Source of the DNA: Eledone cirrhosa
Taxonomy: Eukaryota
Direction: 5' to 3'
DNA: 64,000 nucleotides
NCBI GenBank assembly: GCA_964016885.1
Contig: OZ024764.1
Coordinates: 10,664,001-10,728,000 of the forward strand
Of this stretch, positions 1 to 42,607 are shown piece by piece. The first letter of the stretch is position 1; each line of letters opens with the position of its first letter. The notes beneath the pieces are model-generated. The model made no database searches and was not told the DNA's origin. It was given only the letters and a program-made list of their open reading frames with translations. A program made the translations under genes and the position numbers.

Positions 1-379
1 AGACCCCCGAAAAAAATGTGCAACCCTCATCTCCAGGAGTACGAAGAGCTTGTACTCCTTTCCTCTCCTCCTCCTTTTCCTCAACCTACAGGCTGATATA
101 GAGAGAAGGCCCATTCACTCGGGCCATTCTCGCCACTTTCACCCACCTTTCATAAAACTTGCTGGGGTACAGCACCTCTCTCTCCATCCTGATTCTTTTG
201 AAGACTAAAATCCAAAGAGAGCTCCATAAGGATAAATATATATCAAATATATAAAAACCCTAGAGGAAATATTTATTAAAATAACATATCTCGTTAAGGG
301 TGAAAATAGCGATTCTTTGCTTAAACTTTAATCTGTTATTTTAATAATATATATATATAGATATATAGCTTCGTTTATT

Positions 380-434
380 ACTGCTATATATATTTCAGTG
401 ACAGCCATCTTTGGCTGTGACCTCTTCAGGCAGT
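380..434 (-). ncRNA. Minimal type I hammerhead ribozyme
   Basis: Reverse complement: actgc-CTGAAGA-ggtcacagcca(aaga)tggctgtcact-GAAA-tatata-TA-gcagt. Stems I and II pair; stem III is palindromic. Confidence 0.75.
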
Positions 435-735
435 TTGAATTAGTACGGTATAGACAAGTACATATGTTGTTTAGGTGTATAATATTGTCAATACTCTGAT
501 ATGCCCAGTTAACTTGTTGGGTTGTTAATTCACTGAGGAACTGGAATCATATCTACTCCGGAGTAACCAAACCAACCTGCGCACTTCGTCGAGTGCTCCA
601 GCCTGCATACTGAGGTGTTGGTATACAACCAACATAAACTCAAAATCTCTCTATATATATATAGATATATAGATATATATATAAACAAGAAGTGTAAGTC
701 ATCAAGTTAAAATTAACTTCATTTATTCATATTCA

Positions 736-792
736 CTGCAATATATATTTTGGTGATAACTATTATTCAACAGTTATGACCTCATCAGACAG
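736..792 (-). ncRNA. Degenerate hammerhead ribozyme (G12 to A)
   Basis: Reverse complement: ctgt-CTGATGA-ggtcataactgtt(gaat)aatagttatcacc-AAAA-tatata-TT-gcag. Confidence 0.5.
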
Positions 793-937
793 CTAGAATT
801 TGAGCAGGAAAACCAATTCATAAACAAAGTATATATATAAGAGATGTCAACATGAATGGATCTGTTATTTTTATCTAAAGACACTTTCTCCAATTCCACG
901 CCGCCCATCCCTTCAATCTCTCTTGTTTCTCAGTCTT

Positions 938-973
938 TCTTCTGATGAAGGACTAGCGTCCGAAACGTTAAGA
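938..973 (+). ncRNA. Minimal type I hammerhead ribozyme; family copies at ~7093-7128 (-), ~18076-18111 (+), ~60729-60764 (+)
   Basis: tctt-CTGATGA-a-GGAC(tagc)GTCC-GAAA-cg-TT-aaga; ACGT palindromic stem III; flanks shared among the four copies. Confidence 0.7.
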
Positions 974-1079
974 CCCTCTTCCTGCTATTTCAAGCGTTAA
1001 CCTAATATATCCCTTCCATATACTGTACTGATTGTGTTGTTATTTCTGTTTACATTTTACATATATACTTATATATATC

Positions 1080-1506
1080 TACTACTACTACCACCACCAC
1101 TACTACCACCACCATCACCACTACTACTACTACTACTACTACCACCATTACTACTACTACTACTACCGCTACTACCATCACCGCCACCACTACTACCACT
1201 ACTACTACTACCACCAACACTACTACCACCATCACCACTATTACTACTACTACTACTACCATTACTACTACTACTACTACCACCACCACCACCACCACCA
1301 CCACCACTACCACTACTACTACTACTACTACCACCACTATCACCACTATTACTACTACTACTACTACCATTACTACTACTACTACTACCACCACCACCAC
1401 TACTATTACTACTACTACTACTACCACTACTACCACCACTACTACTACTACCACCACCACCACCACCACCACTACCACCACCACCACTACTACCACCACT
1501 ACCACC

Positions 1507-1547
<41 letters not shown>

Positions 1548-1599
1548 CACTACTACCACCACCACCACTACTACTACCACCACCACCACTACTACCACC

Positions 1600-1631
<32 letters not shown>

Positions 1632-1674
1632 CACCACTACTACCACAACCACTACTACTACTACTACCACTACT

Positions 1675-1709
<35 letters not shown>

Positions 1710-1902
1710 CACTACTACCACCACCACAACTACCACCACCACTACTACTACTACTACCACTACTACCACCACCACTACTACTACAACTACCACTACTACC
1801 ACCACCACCACTACTACCACCACCACTACTACCACCACCACTACTACTACCACCACTACCACCACCACCACCACTACCACCACCACCACTACTACTACTA
1901 CT
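1080..1902 (+). repeat. (TAC/CAC)n compound trinucleotide repeat
   Basis: Direct reading. Confidence 0.95.
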
Positions 1903-1911
1903 CTATTGCAG

Positions 1912-28849
<26,938 letters not shown>

Positions 28850-28906
28850 CTGGCTACTTAAACCATCGAACCATCTGTCTGTCTGTCTGTCTGTATTCCA
28901 TGTTTG

Positions 28907-28965
<59 letters not shown>

Positions 28966-29139
28966 GTCTATCTATCTGTCTATCTGTCTATCTGTCTATT
29001 TGTCTATCTGTCTGTCTGTCTACTGTCTTAATGGATTTGCAGTGTGTATGTATATGTATTCATATATGCCTACTTATTCACGCATAGGCATCGCTTGATA
29101 TATGACATTTTTACGCAATGCATGATATTGCTGGCCACA

Positions 29140-29690
29140 GGCAAGTCCCTTTATGAACTAAAAATCCCGTCCTTCATGTAATTCCCAGGGAGATTCAGCA
29201 TGAGCCCTTTGAATTACAGGAACGGTCTATCTTGCATTACAATGTAAACAATTAAGCATTCCACAGACACGTGTAGCGTTAACGCATTTCTCAGGGATAT
29301 TCAGCGGGAGAAATTATGTGACAAGGCAGCTGGCCATCAAAATTACAAGTATAACCCTCGGTCGATCCACACGGGCTTCCAGACAGTTTCCGCCTACCAA
29401 ATGTAACCCCAATTGTTCACCCACAAAGAGAGGGCCAACCTTAGAAACCATGATAAACGACACTTGCTCCAAATGTCACGCCAAGGATTTGAACCCTCGA
29501 GGGACCCACACGGGCTTCCAGACAGTTTCTGCCTACCAAATTGGTCCCAATTGTTCACCCACGAGGAAAAGGCCAATCCTAGAAACCATGATAAACGACA
29601 CTTGCTCCAAATGTCACGCCAAGGAATCGAACCCCGGATCAAATGATTGTAAAACGAACTCCTTAGCAATCAGACCAGCCTGCGTCCATA
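29140..29690 (-). mobile_element. SINE-like remnants in the putative SLC13 3' UTR, with an internal ~140-bp duplication
   Basis: Reverse tRNA-like head (ggaatcgaaccc...); duplicated block 29368-29505 / 29508-29640. Confidence 0.55.
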
Positions 29691-29707
29691 ATAAATAAAT
29701 AACATTT

Positions 29708-29755
<48 letters not shown>

Positions 29756-29794
29756 CATTAAAATAAATAAATAAATAAATAAATAAATACAATT

Positions 29795-29845
29795 ATTGGT
29801 TTCCGGTTGATTCTTTGCTCATCAGATCTATTGATGACGTCATTG
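29795..29845 (+). promoter_or_regulatory. Putative promoter: ATTGG (reverse CCAAT), TTCCGG (ETS-like), palindromic CRE TGACGTCA (29835-29842)
   Basis: Motif cluster in a short unique island upstream of the ORF at 33226. Confidence 0.4.
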
Positions 29846-29885
29846 ATGAAGAGGAGGTAGATGAAGATATCTATATGTATGTATA

Positions 29886-29990
<105 letters not shown>

Positions 29991-30037
29991 GTGTATATAT
30001 ATATATATACATATATATATATGTATATATATATATG

Positions 30038-30150
<113 letters not shown>

Positions 30151-30153
30151 TTA

Positions 30154-30368
<215 letters not shown>

Positions 30369-30501
30369 ATATATATATATATACATACACATATATATAT
30401 ACATATATATATATACATGTATATATATATATATATATATGTGTATATACATATATATATATACATGTATATATATATATATATATATGTGTATATATAT
30501 A

Positions 30502-30534
<33 letters not shown>

Positions 30535-30790
30535 GTGTATATATATATATATATGTATGTATATATATATGTATGTATATATATATATATGTATGTATAT
30601 ATATATATATGTATATATATATGTATGTATATATATATAGGTATATATATATATGTATGTATATATATATATAGGTATATATATATGTATGTATATATAT
30701 AAGTATTATATATATATGTATATATATATATATGTATATATATATACATGTATATGAATATATATATATGTATATATATATATGTATATA

Positions 30791-30841
<51 letters not shown>

Positions 30842-30902
30842 GTATATATATATGTATATATATATGTATATATATATGTATATATATATGTATATATATA
30901 TG

Positions 30903-30933
<31 letters not shown>

Positions 30934-30947
30934 GTATATATATATGT

Positions 30948-31105
<158 letters not shown>

Positions 31106-31110
31106 CTACT

Positions 31111-31193
<83 letters not shown>

Positions 31194-31496
31194 CGAAAGA
31201 GAAGTAGCTAGATAGAGAAAGAGAGAAGCAGATAGGACGCTAAAGGCGTCCATTGGTGTCCATTTTCTCATCTTCTTCCTCTTTTTTTGTTAACCACACA
31301 AACAACAACAACAACAACAAGGAAATAGGATTTTTAAATAGTCGTATTTTCGAGTCTGTATTTGAGGGGGTTAAAAAAGTTCTTGTCGTTGATCGTGGCC
31401 GCTTAAAACGTAGCCGAAATATCCACAACAGAGGACAGAAGAAGAAGGGGGAGTAGGGGGAGAAGGAAGAGGAAGAAGAAGAAAGAGGAAGAAAGA

Positions 31497-31542
<46 letters not shown>

Positions 31543-31951
31543 GCTTCTTTCTTGCACATGAGTTGGTCTCAGGTTTCGTCCTTCGCTTTTATCTCTCATA
31601 CTCTCTCCCACACTCTCCTATCTCTCACCCCCTCTCCCACTCACCGCCTATCTCTCACCCCCTCTCCCACTCACCCCCTATCTCTCACCCCCTCTCCCAC
31701 TCACCCCCTATCTCTCACCCCCTCTCCCACTCACCGCCTATCTCTCACCCTCTCTCCCCCCTATCTCCAACTATCTTTCAACCCCTCTCCAACTATCTCT
31801 CCCCCTCCCCCTGTCCCTCTCACCCACTTTCGCCCTCTCTATTGAATAAGGACTTAATTGCATGTGGACAGAGGTGTGAAAATTGGAAAAAAGGATTTAT
31901 AGTGACTTTGAAGTTTCGACCCTCAGTGAGCGTCTCCCCGCTCCCACTCTC

Positions 31952-32005
<54 letters not shown>

Positions 32006-32081
32006 AAAAGAGAGAGAGAGTTTGTGGTGCTGAATACAAGCCGAAACCGCTTTGCGGCGCGGTCGGGTTTATACAACCACC

Positions 32082-32134
<53 letters not shown>

Positions 32135-32345
32135 AGAGAGCTAGCTGGCGAAACGGCGACAGCTCAGCCGTGGGGCCCCGACTTATATAGTATAGTCATA
32201 CTCTACTATCGCAAGTATCGAGTACTCTGTTGAGTTGGGTAATTGTCTAACTCGTTTAAAACTGGTTCTATCTTGAAATACACACACATATATAGTCGGC
32301 TTGCTGGACACAGGCCGAAATCGTTTACCTTCGCTGTCCTGTTTA

Positions 32346-32418
<73 letters not shown>

Positions 32419-32639
32419 TCATTTGATTTATTGATTTATTGATTTTTTATCTGAGAGTCCCGAATCTTCCAGATCGCAATTTTTCGGTTGTATGGTTGAT
32501 TATAGACTTGTTCTATGTGTGACGGTATTTTAACGATAGTTATAGCTCTGATTTATCTAAATTATTGAGCCCTCTGCCGCTCATATCGAATTTTGTTTAT
32601 CGTGAACTCGTGCGCCGATTTTTCGATACTCGATTATTC

Positions 32640-32698
<59 letters not shown>

Positions 32699-32936
32699 CA
32701 TATATAGTAAAAGAGGGAGAATAACGTGGTCGGCTGTACAATAAGGTTTATTCAAAGTATTAACAGTTGTTTCATTAGTGCGGTGTGTCTAAAAATCGCT
32801 GATCGTAAGAAGTCACGTCACTCGATTTTAATTACATATATATATAGTGCGGATCTAGCTGTCTGAAACAGACGGAGCTCAGCCGTCGGGGTCCTGACTC
32901 TTTTCCTATATATATATATACACACACACACACACA

Positions 32937-32974
<38 letters not shown>

Positions 32975-33085
32975 TATACATATTGGTGGTTAGTTCGGAT
33001 TTAAATATCGAGACGGCCGGAGCTTCGCCGTCGGGGTCCTGACTCTTTTCCTATATATATATATACAAACACACACACACATATT

Positions 33086-33117
<32 letters not shown>

Positions 33118-33225
33118 TATACATACTGGTGGGTTAGTTCGGATCTAACTATCGAGACGGCCGGAGCTTCGCCGTCGGGGTCCTGACTCTTTTCCTATAT
33201 ATATATATATATATATATATTAGAC

Positions 33226-33636
33226 ATGCCTATATTGAGTACCACTGAGTTCGATATCTTTGTCTTCTTCTTCTGCCTCTACCTCTTCTATCGATTATTC
33301 ATGGTGGATGCGGATGGTGCAGTGAATCTCATCAACCACGTCTATCCGATGGACGAATGCACCGAGGGTGTTTGTTGCAACAAGAAGAAGAAGATGGCGC
33401 CGAAAGAGAGCGCCGGCGTTGAAGACGCCGATAAAAATGGCGATGTCGGTCGTCGTAATAGTGGTGGGAGCGGCAGACGTAATGGGAATTCCCCCAACAA
33501 TGACTATACGAATAAGGAGCTTTACCTCATGATTAAGGAGCTCTTAAGGACACCAAATTTTGGTGAAATGTACCCAGAAGACCCGGAGATGGGAAAAACG
33601 CCCTCCCCCCCTCCCTCACCCTCAGTGTCCGGATAG
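33226..33636 (+). CDS. Hypothetical 136-aa protein with an N-terminal hydrophobic anchor ([25 protein letters not shown]...)
   Basis: Complex, GC-richer ATG-to-TAG ORF island between (TA)n tracts; N-terminus homologous to the ORF at 42608. Confidence 0.7.
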   Translation: MPILSTTEFDIFVFFFCLYLFYRLFMVDADGAVNLINHVYPMDECTEGVCCNKKKKMAPKESAGVEDADKNGDVGRRNSGGSGRRNGNSPNNDYTNKELYLMIKELLRTPNFGEMYPEDPEMGKTPSPPPSPSVSG

Positions 33637-33978
33637 ATAGATAAATATATATATAAATATATATATATGTGTATAAATATATATATAAATATATATATAT
33701 ATGTGTATAAATATATATATAAATATATATATGTATAAATATATATATATATAAATATATATATAAATATATATATATAAATATATATATAAATGTATAT
33801 AAATATATATATATATAAATGTATAAATATATATATATAAATATATATATATATAAATGTATAAATATATATATATATAAATATATATATAAATATATAT
33901 AATATAAATATATATATAAATGTATATAAATATATATATATATAAACGTATAAATATATATATATAAATATATATAAT

Positions 33979-34009
<31 letters not shown>

Positions 34010-34604
34010 GTATATATAAAAATATATATATATATATAAATATATACAAAAATATATATATATACATATATATATATAAATATATATTAATGATATATCC
34101 TTTTTGCTTATAAATATATATATATATATATATCAATATATATCAATATATAAAGATATATAAATATATATATATACATAAATATATATATATATATAAA
34201 TAGATATAAATACATATATAAATATATATATATATATATATACACATATATATTATATACTCATATATATATATATATATATATGAGTTCCGGGTTCAAT
34301 CGGGGTTAAGCACAATAAGTAAGGTACTCAATACATTAGTTGAGTGTAAACAATAAATTTAATTAAGAAATGGCTTCTGCAGAACTAGAACTGATTTATA
34401 CAAAGGTTTTCCTGGTAATTTCTTTCGAATGAAACAGTTCTACTCCTGTAGAAGAAATTTCTATATCAAATTTGGTATATATATTCATACATACATACAT
34501 ATATATACATATACATTTATACACACACATATACATACACACACATATATATACATATATATATACGTATATATATACGTATATATATACGTACATATAT
34601 ACAT

Positions 34605-34689
<85 letters not shown>

Positions 34690-35204
34690 CATATATACAT
34701 ACATATGTATATACATATACATATATATATACATATACATACATATATACATATATACATACATATACACATATATACATATTCATATATATACATATAT
34801 ACATACATATACATATATATACATATTCATATATATACATATATACATACATATTCATATATATACATATATACATACATATACATATATATATATATAC
34901 ATATATACATACATATACATATATATATATATATACATATATACATACATATACATATATATATATATATACATACATATATATATATACATATATACAT
35001 ACATATATATATATATACATACATATATATATATACATATATATATATATACATACATATATATATATACATACATACATACATATATATATACATACAT
35101 ATATATATACATACATATATATATATACATACATATATATATATACATACATATATATATACATATATATATACATACATATATATATATACATATATAT
35201 ATAC

Positions 35205-35303
<99 letters not shown>

Positions 35304-35307
35304 CATA

Positions 35308-35379
<72 letters not shown>

Positions 35380-35386
35380 CATACCT

Positions 35387-35455
<69 letters not shown>

Positions 35456-35684
35456 AAACTCCTTTTAGTAGTACCCTTACCAACGGTAGTAAAACAGCGT
35501 AAAAAAGACCCACGTGATTAATACCACTCCCTGTCTCCACCCCCATACTCATCTGTGTACCCCTGCCCCGCCCTACGTCCTGAGCAGTTTCTATCATGGA
35601 TGATATCGATTCCCCTCACTTGATTTTGGACCTGACATATTTTCGTTTGAACACTTACATCTGAATTTACATCTGGACAGACAT

Positions 35685-38100
35685 TACGTCACCCACTTCC
35701 GTATCCACAGCTGACCGACATCTGGAGGACAAGAAAAGACCTTTTTTTACGTCACCCACTCCCGATTACTGCCCTGAGACAGAAAAGACATTTAACGTCA
35801 CCCACTTCCGATCCACAGCTGACACATCTGGAGGACAGAAAGTCGACTGGGTCCATCTGGAGGACAGAAGACATTTAACGTCACCCACTTCCGATCCACA
35901 GCTGTCACATCTGGAGGACGAAAAGACATTTAACGTCACCCACTCCCGATCTAGAGCTGTCACATCTGGAGGACAGAAAAGACATTTAACGTCACCCACT
36001 TCCGATCCACAGCTGTCACATCTGGAGGACAGAAAAGACATTTAACGTCACCCACTTCCGATCCACAGCTGTCACATCTGGAGGACAGAAAAGACATTTA
36101 ACGTCACCCACTCCCGATCCAGAGCTGTCACATCTGGAGGACAGAAAAGACTTTTAACGTCACCCACTTCCGATCTACAGCTGTCACATCTGGAGGACAG
36201 AAAATACTTTTAACGTCACCCACTTCCGATCTTCAGCTGTCACATCTGGAGGACAGAAAAGACATTTAACGTCACCCACTTCCGATATACAGCTGTCACA
36301 TCTGGAGGACAGAAAAGACATTTAACGTCACCCACTTCCGATCTACAGCTGTCACATCTGGAGGACAGAAAAGACATTTAACGTCACCCACTTCCGATAT
36401 ACAGCTGTCACATCTGGAGGACAGAAAAGACATTTAACGTCACCCACTTCCGATCTACAGCTGTCACATCTGGAGGACAGAAAAGACATTTAACGTCACC
36501 CACTCCCGATCTAGAGCTGTCACATCTGGAGGACAGAAAAGACATTTAACGTCACCCACTTCCGATCTTCAGCTGTCACATCTGGAGGACAGAAAAGACA
36601 TTTAACGTCACCCACTTCCGATATACAGCTGTCACATCTGGAGGACAGAAAAGACATTTAACGTCACCCACTTCCGATCTACAGCTGTCACATCTGGAGG
36701 ACAGAAAAGACATTTAACGTCACCCACTTCCGATCTACAGCTGTCACATCTGGAGGACAGAAAATACTTTTAACGTCACCCACTTCCGATCCACAGCTGT
36801 CACATCTGGAGGACAGAAAAGACATTTAACGTCACCCACTTCCGATCTACAGCTGTCACATCTGGAGGACAGAAAAGACATTTAACGTCACCCACTTCCG
36901 ATATACAGCTGTCACATCTGGAGGACAGAAAAGACATTTAACGTCACCCACTTCCGATCTACAGCTGTCACATCTGGAGGACAGAAAAGACATTTAACGT
37001 CACCCACTTCCGATCTACAGCTGTCACATCTGGAGGACAGAAAATACTTTTAACGTCACCCACTTCCGATCCACAGCTGTCACATCTGGAGGACAGAAAA
37101 GAGATTTAACGTCACCCACTTCCGATCTACAGCTGTCAGATCTGGAGGACAGAAAAGACATTTAACGTCACCCACTTCCGATCTTCAGCTGTCACATCTG
37201 GAGGACAGAAAAGACATTTAACGTCACCCACTTCCGATATACAGCTGTCACATCTGGAGGACAGAAAAGACATTTAACGTCACCCACTTCCGATCCACAG
37301 CTGTCACATCTGGAGGACAGAAAAGACATTTAACGTCCCCCACTTCCGATCTTCAGCTGTCACATCTGGAGGACACAAAGGACTGTTTTAATGTCACCCT
37401 CTCCAGATCTACAGCTTTCATTTCTGGAGGACACAAAATACTGTTTTAACGTCAACCTCTCCCGATCTACATCTGTCACATCTGGAGGACACAAAACACT
37501 GTTTTAATGTCACCCACTCCCGATCTACATCTGTCACGTCTGGGGGACACAAAGGACTGTTTTAACGTCACCCACTCCCGATCTACATCTGTCACATCTG
37601 GAGGAAACAAAATACTTTTAACGTTACCCACTCTCGATCTACATCTGTCACATCTAGAGGACACAAAAGACTTAACGTCACCCACTCCCGATCTACATCT
37701 GTCACATCTGGAGGACACAAAGAACTGTTTTAATGTCACCCTCTCCCGATGTACATCTGTCACGTCTGGAAGACACAAAGGACCGTTTTAATGTCACCCT
37801 CTCCCTATCTACAACTGAAGGAAACAGAACGACAGTTTTAACGATCTCGATCTACAGATGTCACATCTGACGCACACAAGACTGTTTTAACATTCCCTAT
37901 CTACGACTGTTTTAACGATCCCGATCTACAAATATCATATCTGGAGACACAAGACTGTTTTAATACCCCTCATCTAAGTCTATCACATCTGGAGGACACA
38001 AGACAGTTTTAATACCCCTCATCTAAGTCTATCACATCTGGAGGACACAAGACAGTTTTAACGTCCTCTATCTAATTCTATCACATCTGCAGGACACGGA
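35685..38100 (+). repeat. 56-bp tandem array (~40 copies); homogeneous core, decaying flanks
   Basis: aacgtcacccacttccgatctacagctgtcacatctggaggacagaaaagacattt; taac at 35931 and 35987. Confidence 0.95.
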
Positions 38101-38950
38101 ATTCTTTTGGCACTTCCAATCTACAGTTGTCAGAGCTGGAGAAGACAAGGCAAGGTGTTTTAACACCTCTAATTTACGGCAATCACATCTGGAGGACACA
38201 GCAAAAAAAAAAAAAAAAAATGTTTTATCAATTCACATCTGTTAGACAGACAAAAAAAATACGTCAGATCCGACATCTGCCAAAAAAAATACGTCAGATC
38301 CGACATCTGCCATATCTAATGCTGATAGACATAAAAGGAGGTTTTTAATCTTTTGGGGGAACTTTCACATCTGTTAGACAGACAGACAAATAAATAAGAA
38401 AAACAAAAAAACACAAACTTTTACATCTTTTACATATACAAAGAAAAAAAAGAAGAAGAAAAGGGTTGTTTTACTAACTGTATCATATTTACATCTGCCG
38501 AAACTGGTGGATACCCCCCCCCCCCTTTTAAAAACTTGTTTTGTAACCCCCAGATGTAAAACAGAAAAATCGAGAAGAAAAACTTTACATATTTATTGAC
38601 TAAAAATTATATAAAAAAGCCAACAGTTTAATAGTGTTGTTGTTGTTGTTGTTGTTATAAGGGCGTGGGGGGGGGGGGGGGGGGTCACGGTGGAGGGCGC
38701 TATGCTTTGCTGCATAGAGTTACGGCCCTTCACGATCTGAGTTCGAATCCGACCGAGGTTAAGTTTGCCTTTCATCCTCACGGGGTCGATAAAATAAAGT
38801 ACCAGTAATGCACTGGGGTGATTGCTGGCCTTGTGCCAAAAGTAGAAACAATTATTATTATTGCTAGAGACGTTAGAACGTCACACACACGCGCACACAC
38901 ACACCTAGGCGTATACACACACCTAGGCGTATACACACACCTAGGCGTAT

Positions 38951-39085
<135 letters not shown>

Positions 39086-39155
39086 AAGTGGTGCTATTAA
39101 GTTAGACATGGCCTGGGCCAATACTGGCCGAAACCTATCAAAGTTATACATACAT

Positions 39156-39215
<60 letters not shown>

Positions 39216-39239
39216 ATGTACATATACATATATATATAT

Positions 39240-39293
<54 letters not shown>

Positions 39294-39909
39294 GTATATG
39301 TATATATACATATGTATATACATATGTATATGTACATATGTATATATATATACATATATATATACATATGTATATATATATATATGTATATATGTATATA
39401 TACATATATATATATACATATATATATATACATATATGTATACATACATATATATATATACATATATATATATACATATAAGTATATATACATATATGTA
39501 TATATAAATACATATATATATATATATATACATATATATATACATATATATATACATATATATATACATATATATGTATATATACATATATTTATATATA
39601 TATACATATATATATACATATATATGTATATATACATATATTTATATATAAATACATATATATATGTATATATACATATATATACATATATATATACATA
39701 TATATATGTATATGTATATATACATATATGTATATATAAATACATATATATATGTATATATAAATACATATATATATGTATATGTATATATACATATATA
39801 TATACATATATATATATACATATGTATATGTATATATATATTTATATATACATATACATATATATATGTATATATATATATATGTATATGTACATATATC
39901 TATATATAC

Positions 39910-39957
<48 letters not shown>

Positions 39958-39970
39958 ATATATATGTATA

Positions 39971-40017
<47 letters not shown>

Positions 40018-40064
40018 GTACATATATGTATATATATGTATATATATATATATGTATATGTACA

Positions 40065-40117
<53 letters not shown>

Positions 40118-40463
40118 ACATATACATACATATACATATACATATATATACATATGTATATATACATATATATATACATATATATACATATACATATATA
40201 TATACATATATATATACATATACATATATATACATATGTATATACATATATATATATACATATATATACATATACATATATATATACATATATATATATA
40301 TACATATACATATATATATATATGTATATATACATATGTATATATATATGTATATATACATATGTATATATATAAGTATATATATACATATATATACATT
40401 TATATATATATACATATATACATATATATATGTATATATATATATATACATATATGTATATAT

Positions 40464-40671
<208 letters not shown>

Positions 40672-40701
40672 CTGTATATATATATATATATATATATACA
40701 G

Positions 40702-40764
<63 letters not shown>

Positions 40765-40857
40765 GCTGTATATATATATAGCTGTATATATATATATATA
40801 TATGTATAGCTGAACCTGAAACGTTAATAAATTGAATTATCAGTGAACTGGAATCGA

Positions 40858-40945
40858 ACCCACGTTGCTGAGTCGACAATATTGACGTGTTCACGTTGTA
40901 GATCACGTGGTTGTGATATTTCGATGTCATCAATGACGTCATTAA
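40858..40945 (+). promoter_or_regulatory. Putative promoter: several ACGT cores, CACGTG E-box and CRE AATGACGTCATT (core 40934-40941)
   Basis: CpG-rich motif cluster upstream of the ORF at 42608. Confidence 0.45.
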
Positions 40946-41010
40946 ACAAAAAGAGAGGGAGGAGGGAATGATTAAAAAAAATACGGAGACAAAGAAGAGA
41001 AGGCAATGAT

Positions 41011-41042
<32 letters not shown>

Positions 41043-41563
41043 GGAGAGAGAGAGAGATATAGGGGGAGGGGAGAGAGAGGAGAGATAGATATATAGAGGG
41101 AGAGGGGGGAGAAGGAGAGAGATATATAGAGGGAGAGGGGGGGGGGGAGAAGGAGAGAGATATACAGAGGGAGAGGGGGTTAGAGAGAGAAGGAGAGAGA
41201 TAAATAGATAGAGAAATGGGGGGGGGGAGATATAGAGGGAGAGGGGGGAGAGAGAAGGAGAGGGAGAGATAGATAGAGGGAGCGAGAGATAAGGATTTAT
41301 ATATATATATGAGAGAGAGAGAAAGAGAGAAGAAAAGAGTCAGGAGAGTGAAAAGAAAGAAGAGAGCAATAGAGATGAGAGAGAGGAGAGAGAAAGAAGA
41401 AAAAGAAGAGAGAGAGAGAGAGAGAGAGAAAGAAAGAAAGAAAGAGAGCAAGAGAGAGAGATAGAGAGAGAGAAAAGAAAGAAAGAGAGAAGAGGTAGAA
41501 AGGGAGAAAAGAATGAAAGAGAGAGATAGAGAAAGACAGAGAGAGAAAGAGAAAGAAAGGGAA

Positions 41564-41595
<32 letters not shown>

Positions 41596-41854
41596 CGAGA
41601 GAGAAAGATGTGTAAGTTATTTTTCTTAAGAAATTTGTTACAATCTTATTTTTTCGCTGTTTTTTTTAACATTTAAACCAACAAGAACAAGAACAACAAG
41701 AACAAGAACAAGAACAAGAACAACAACAACAACAACAAGAACAACAACAATAACAACGACGACAACAACGACGACAACAAGAACAAGAACCACAACGACA
41801 ATCGCAACAAAAACGTTTGAAGCCCCGATACATCGTTTTGTGTTTCCAAGTTAT

Positions 41855-42535
41855 CGTTTCATTACCATACTTCTAACGAAAGACACTGCCCGCTTTGCAC
41901 ACTGTTAAACGGGTGTTTGGAACATAACTTAACAAAGGATCTTACATAAATACAAACACTTTAAACCTTTCATTGCCATATTTCTAATGAAAGACACTTT
42001 TGGTATTTGAAACACAACATAACAAAGGTTCTTACATAAAATTATGATGGAAGGTTTTTAGGTAAATATAAACACTTTAACCCTTTCATTACCATATTTC
42101 TAATGAAAGACACTGTTGGTGTTTGGAACATAACTTAACAAAGGTTCTTACAAAAATATATACACTTTAACCCTAGACACTGTTGGTGTTTGGAACATAA
42201 CTTACATAAAATAATGAAGGAAAGTTTTTAGGTAAATATAAACACTTTAACCCTTTCATTGCCATATTTCTAGCGAAAGACACTGTTGGTGTTTGGAACA
42301 TAACTTAACAAAGGTTCTCACATGAAAATATGATGGAAGGTTTTTAGATAAATATAAACACTTTAAACCTTTCATTACCATATTTCTAATGAAAGACACT
42401 GTTGGTGTTTGGAACATAACATAACAAAGGTTCTTATATAGAAATATAAACACTTAAAACCTTTTGTGACATTAAAGGTTCTTACATAGATATATAAACA
42501 CTTTAACCCTTTCATTACCTTATTTCTAATGAAAG
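41855..42535 (+). repeat. Imperfect ~100-120-bp tandem array just upstream of the 621-aa ORF
   Basis: Recurrent ttaaccctttcattaccatatttctaatgaaagacactgttggtgtttggaacataac. Confidence 0.85.
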
Positions 42536-42607
42536 GTCGGAATTGTGAGGTGAGGTGAGGTCGGTGTTGTGTGGTGAGGTCGCTATTGTGATGTGAGGCC
42601 CGGTGTC

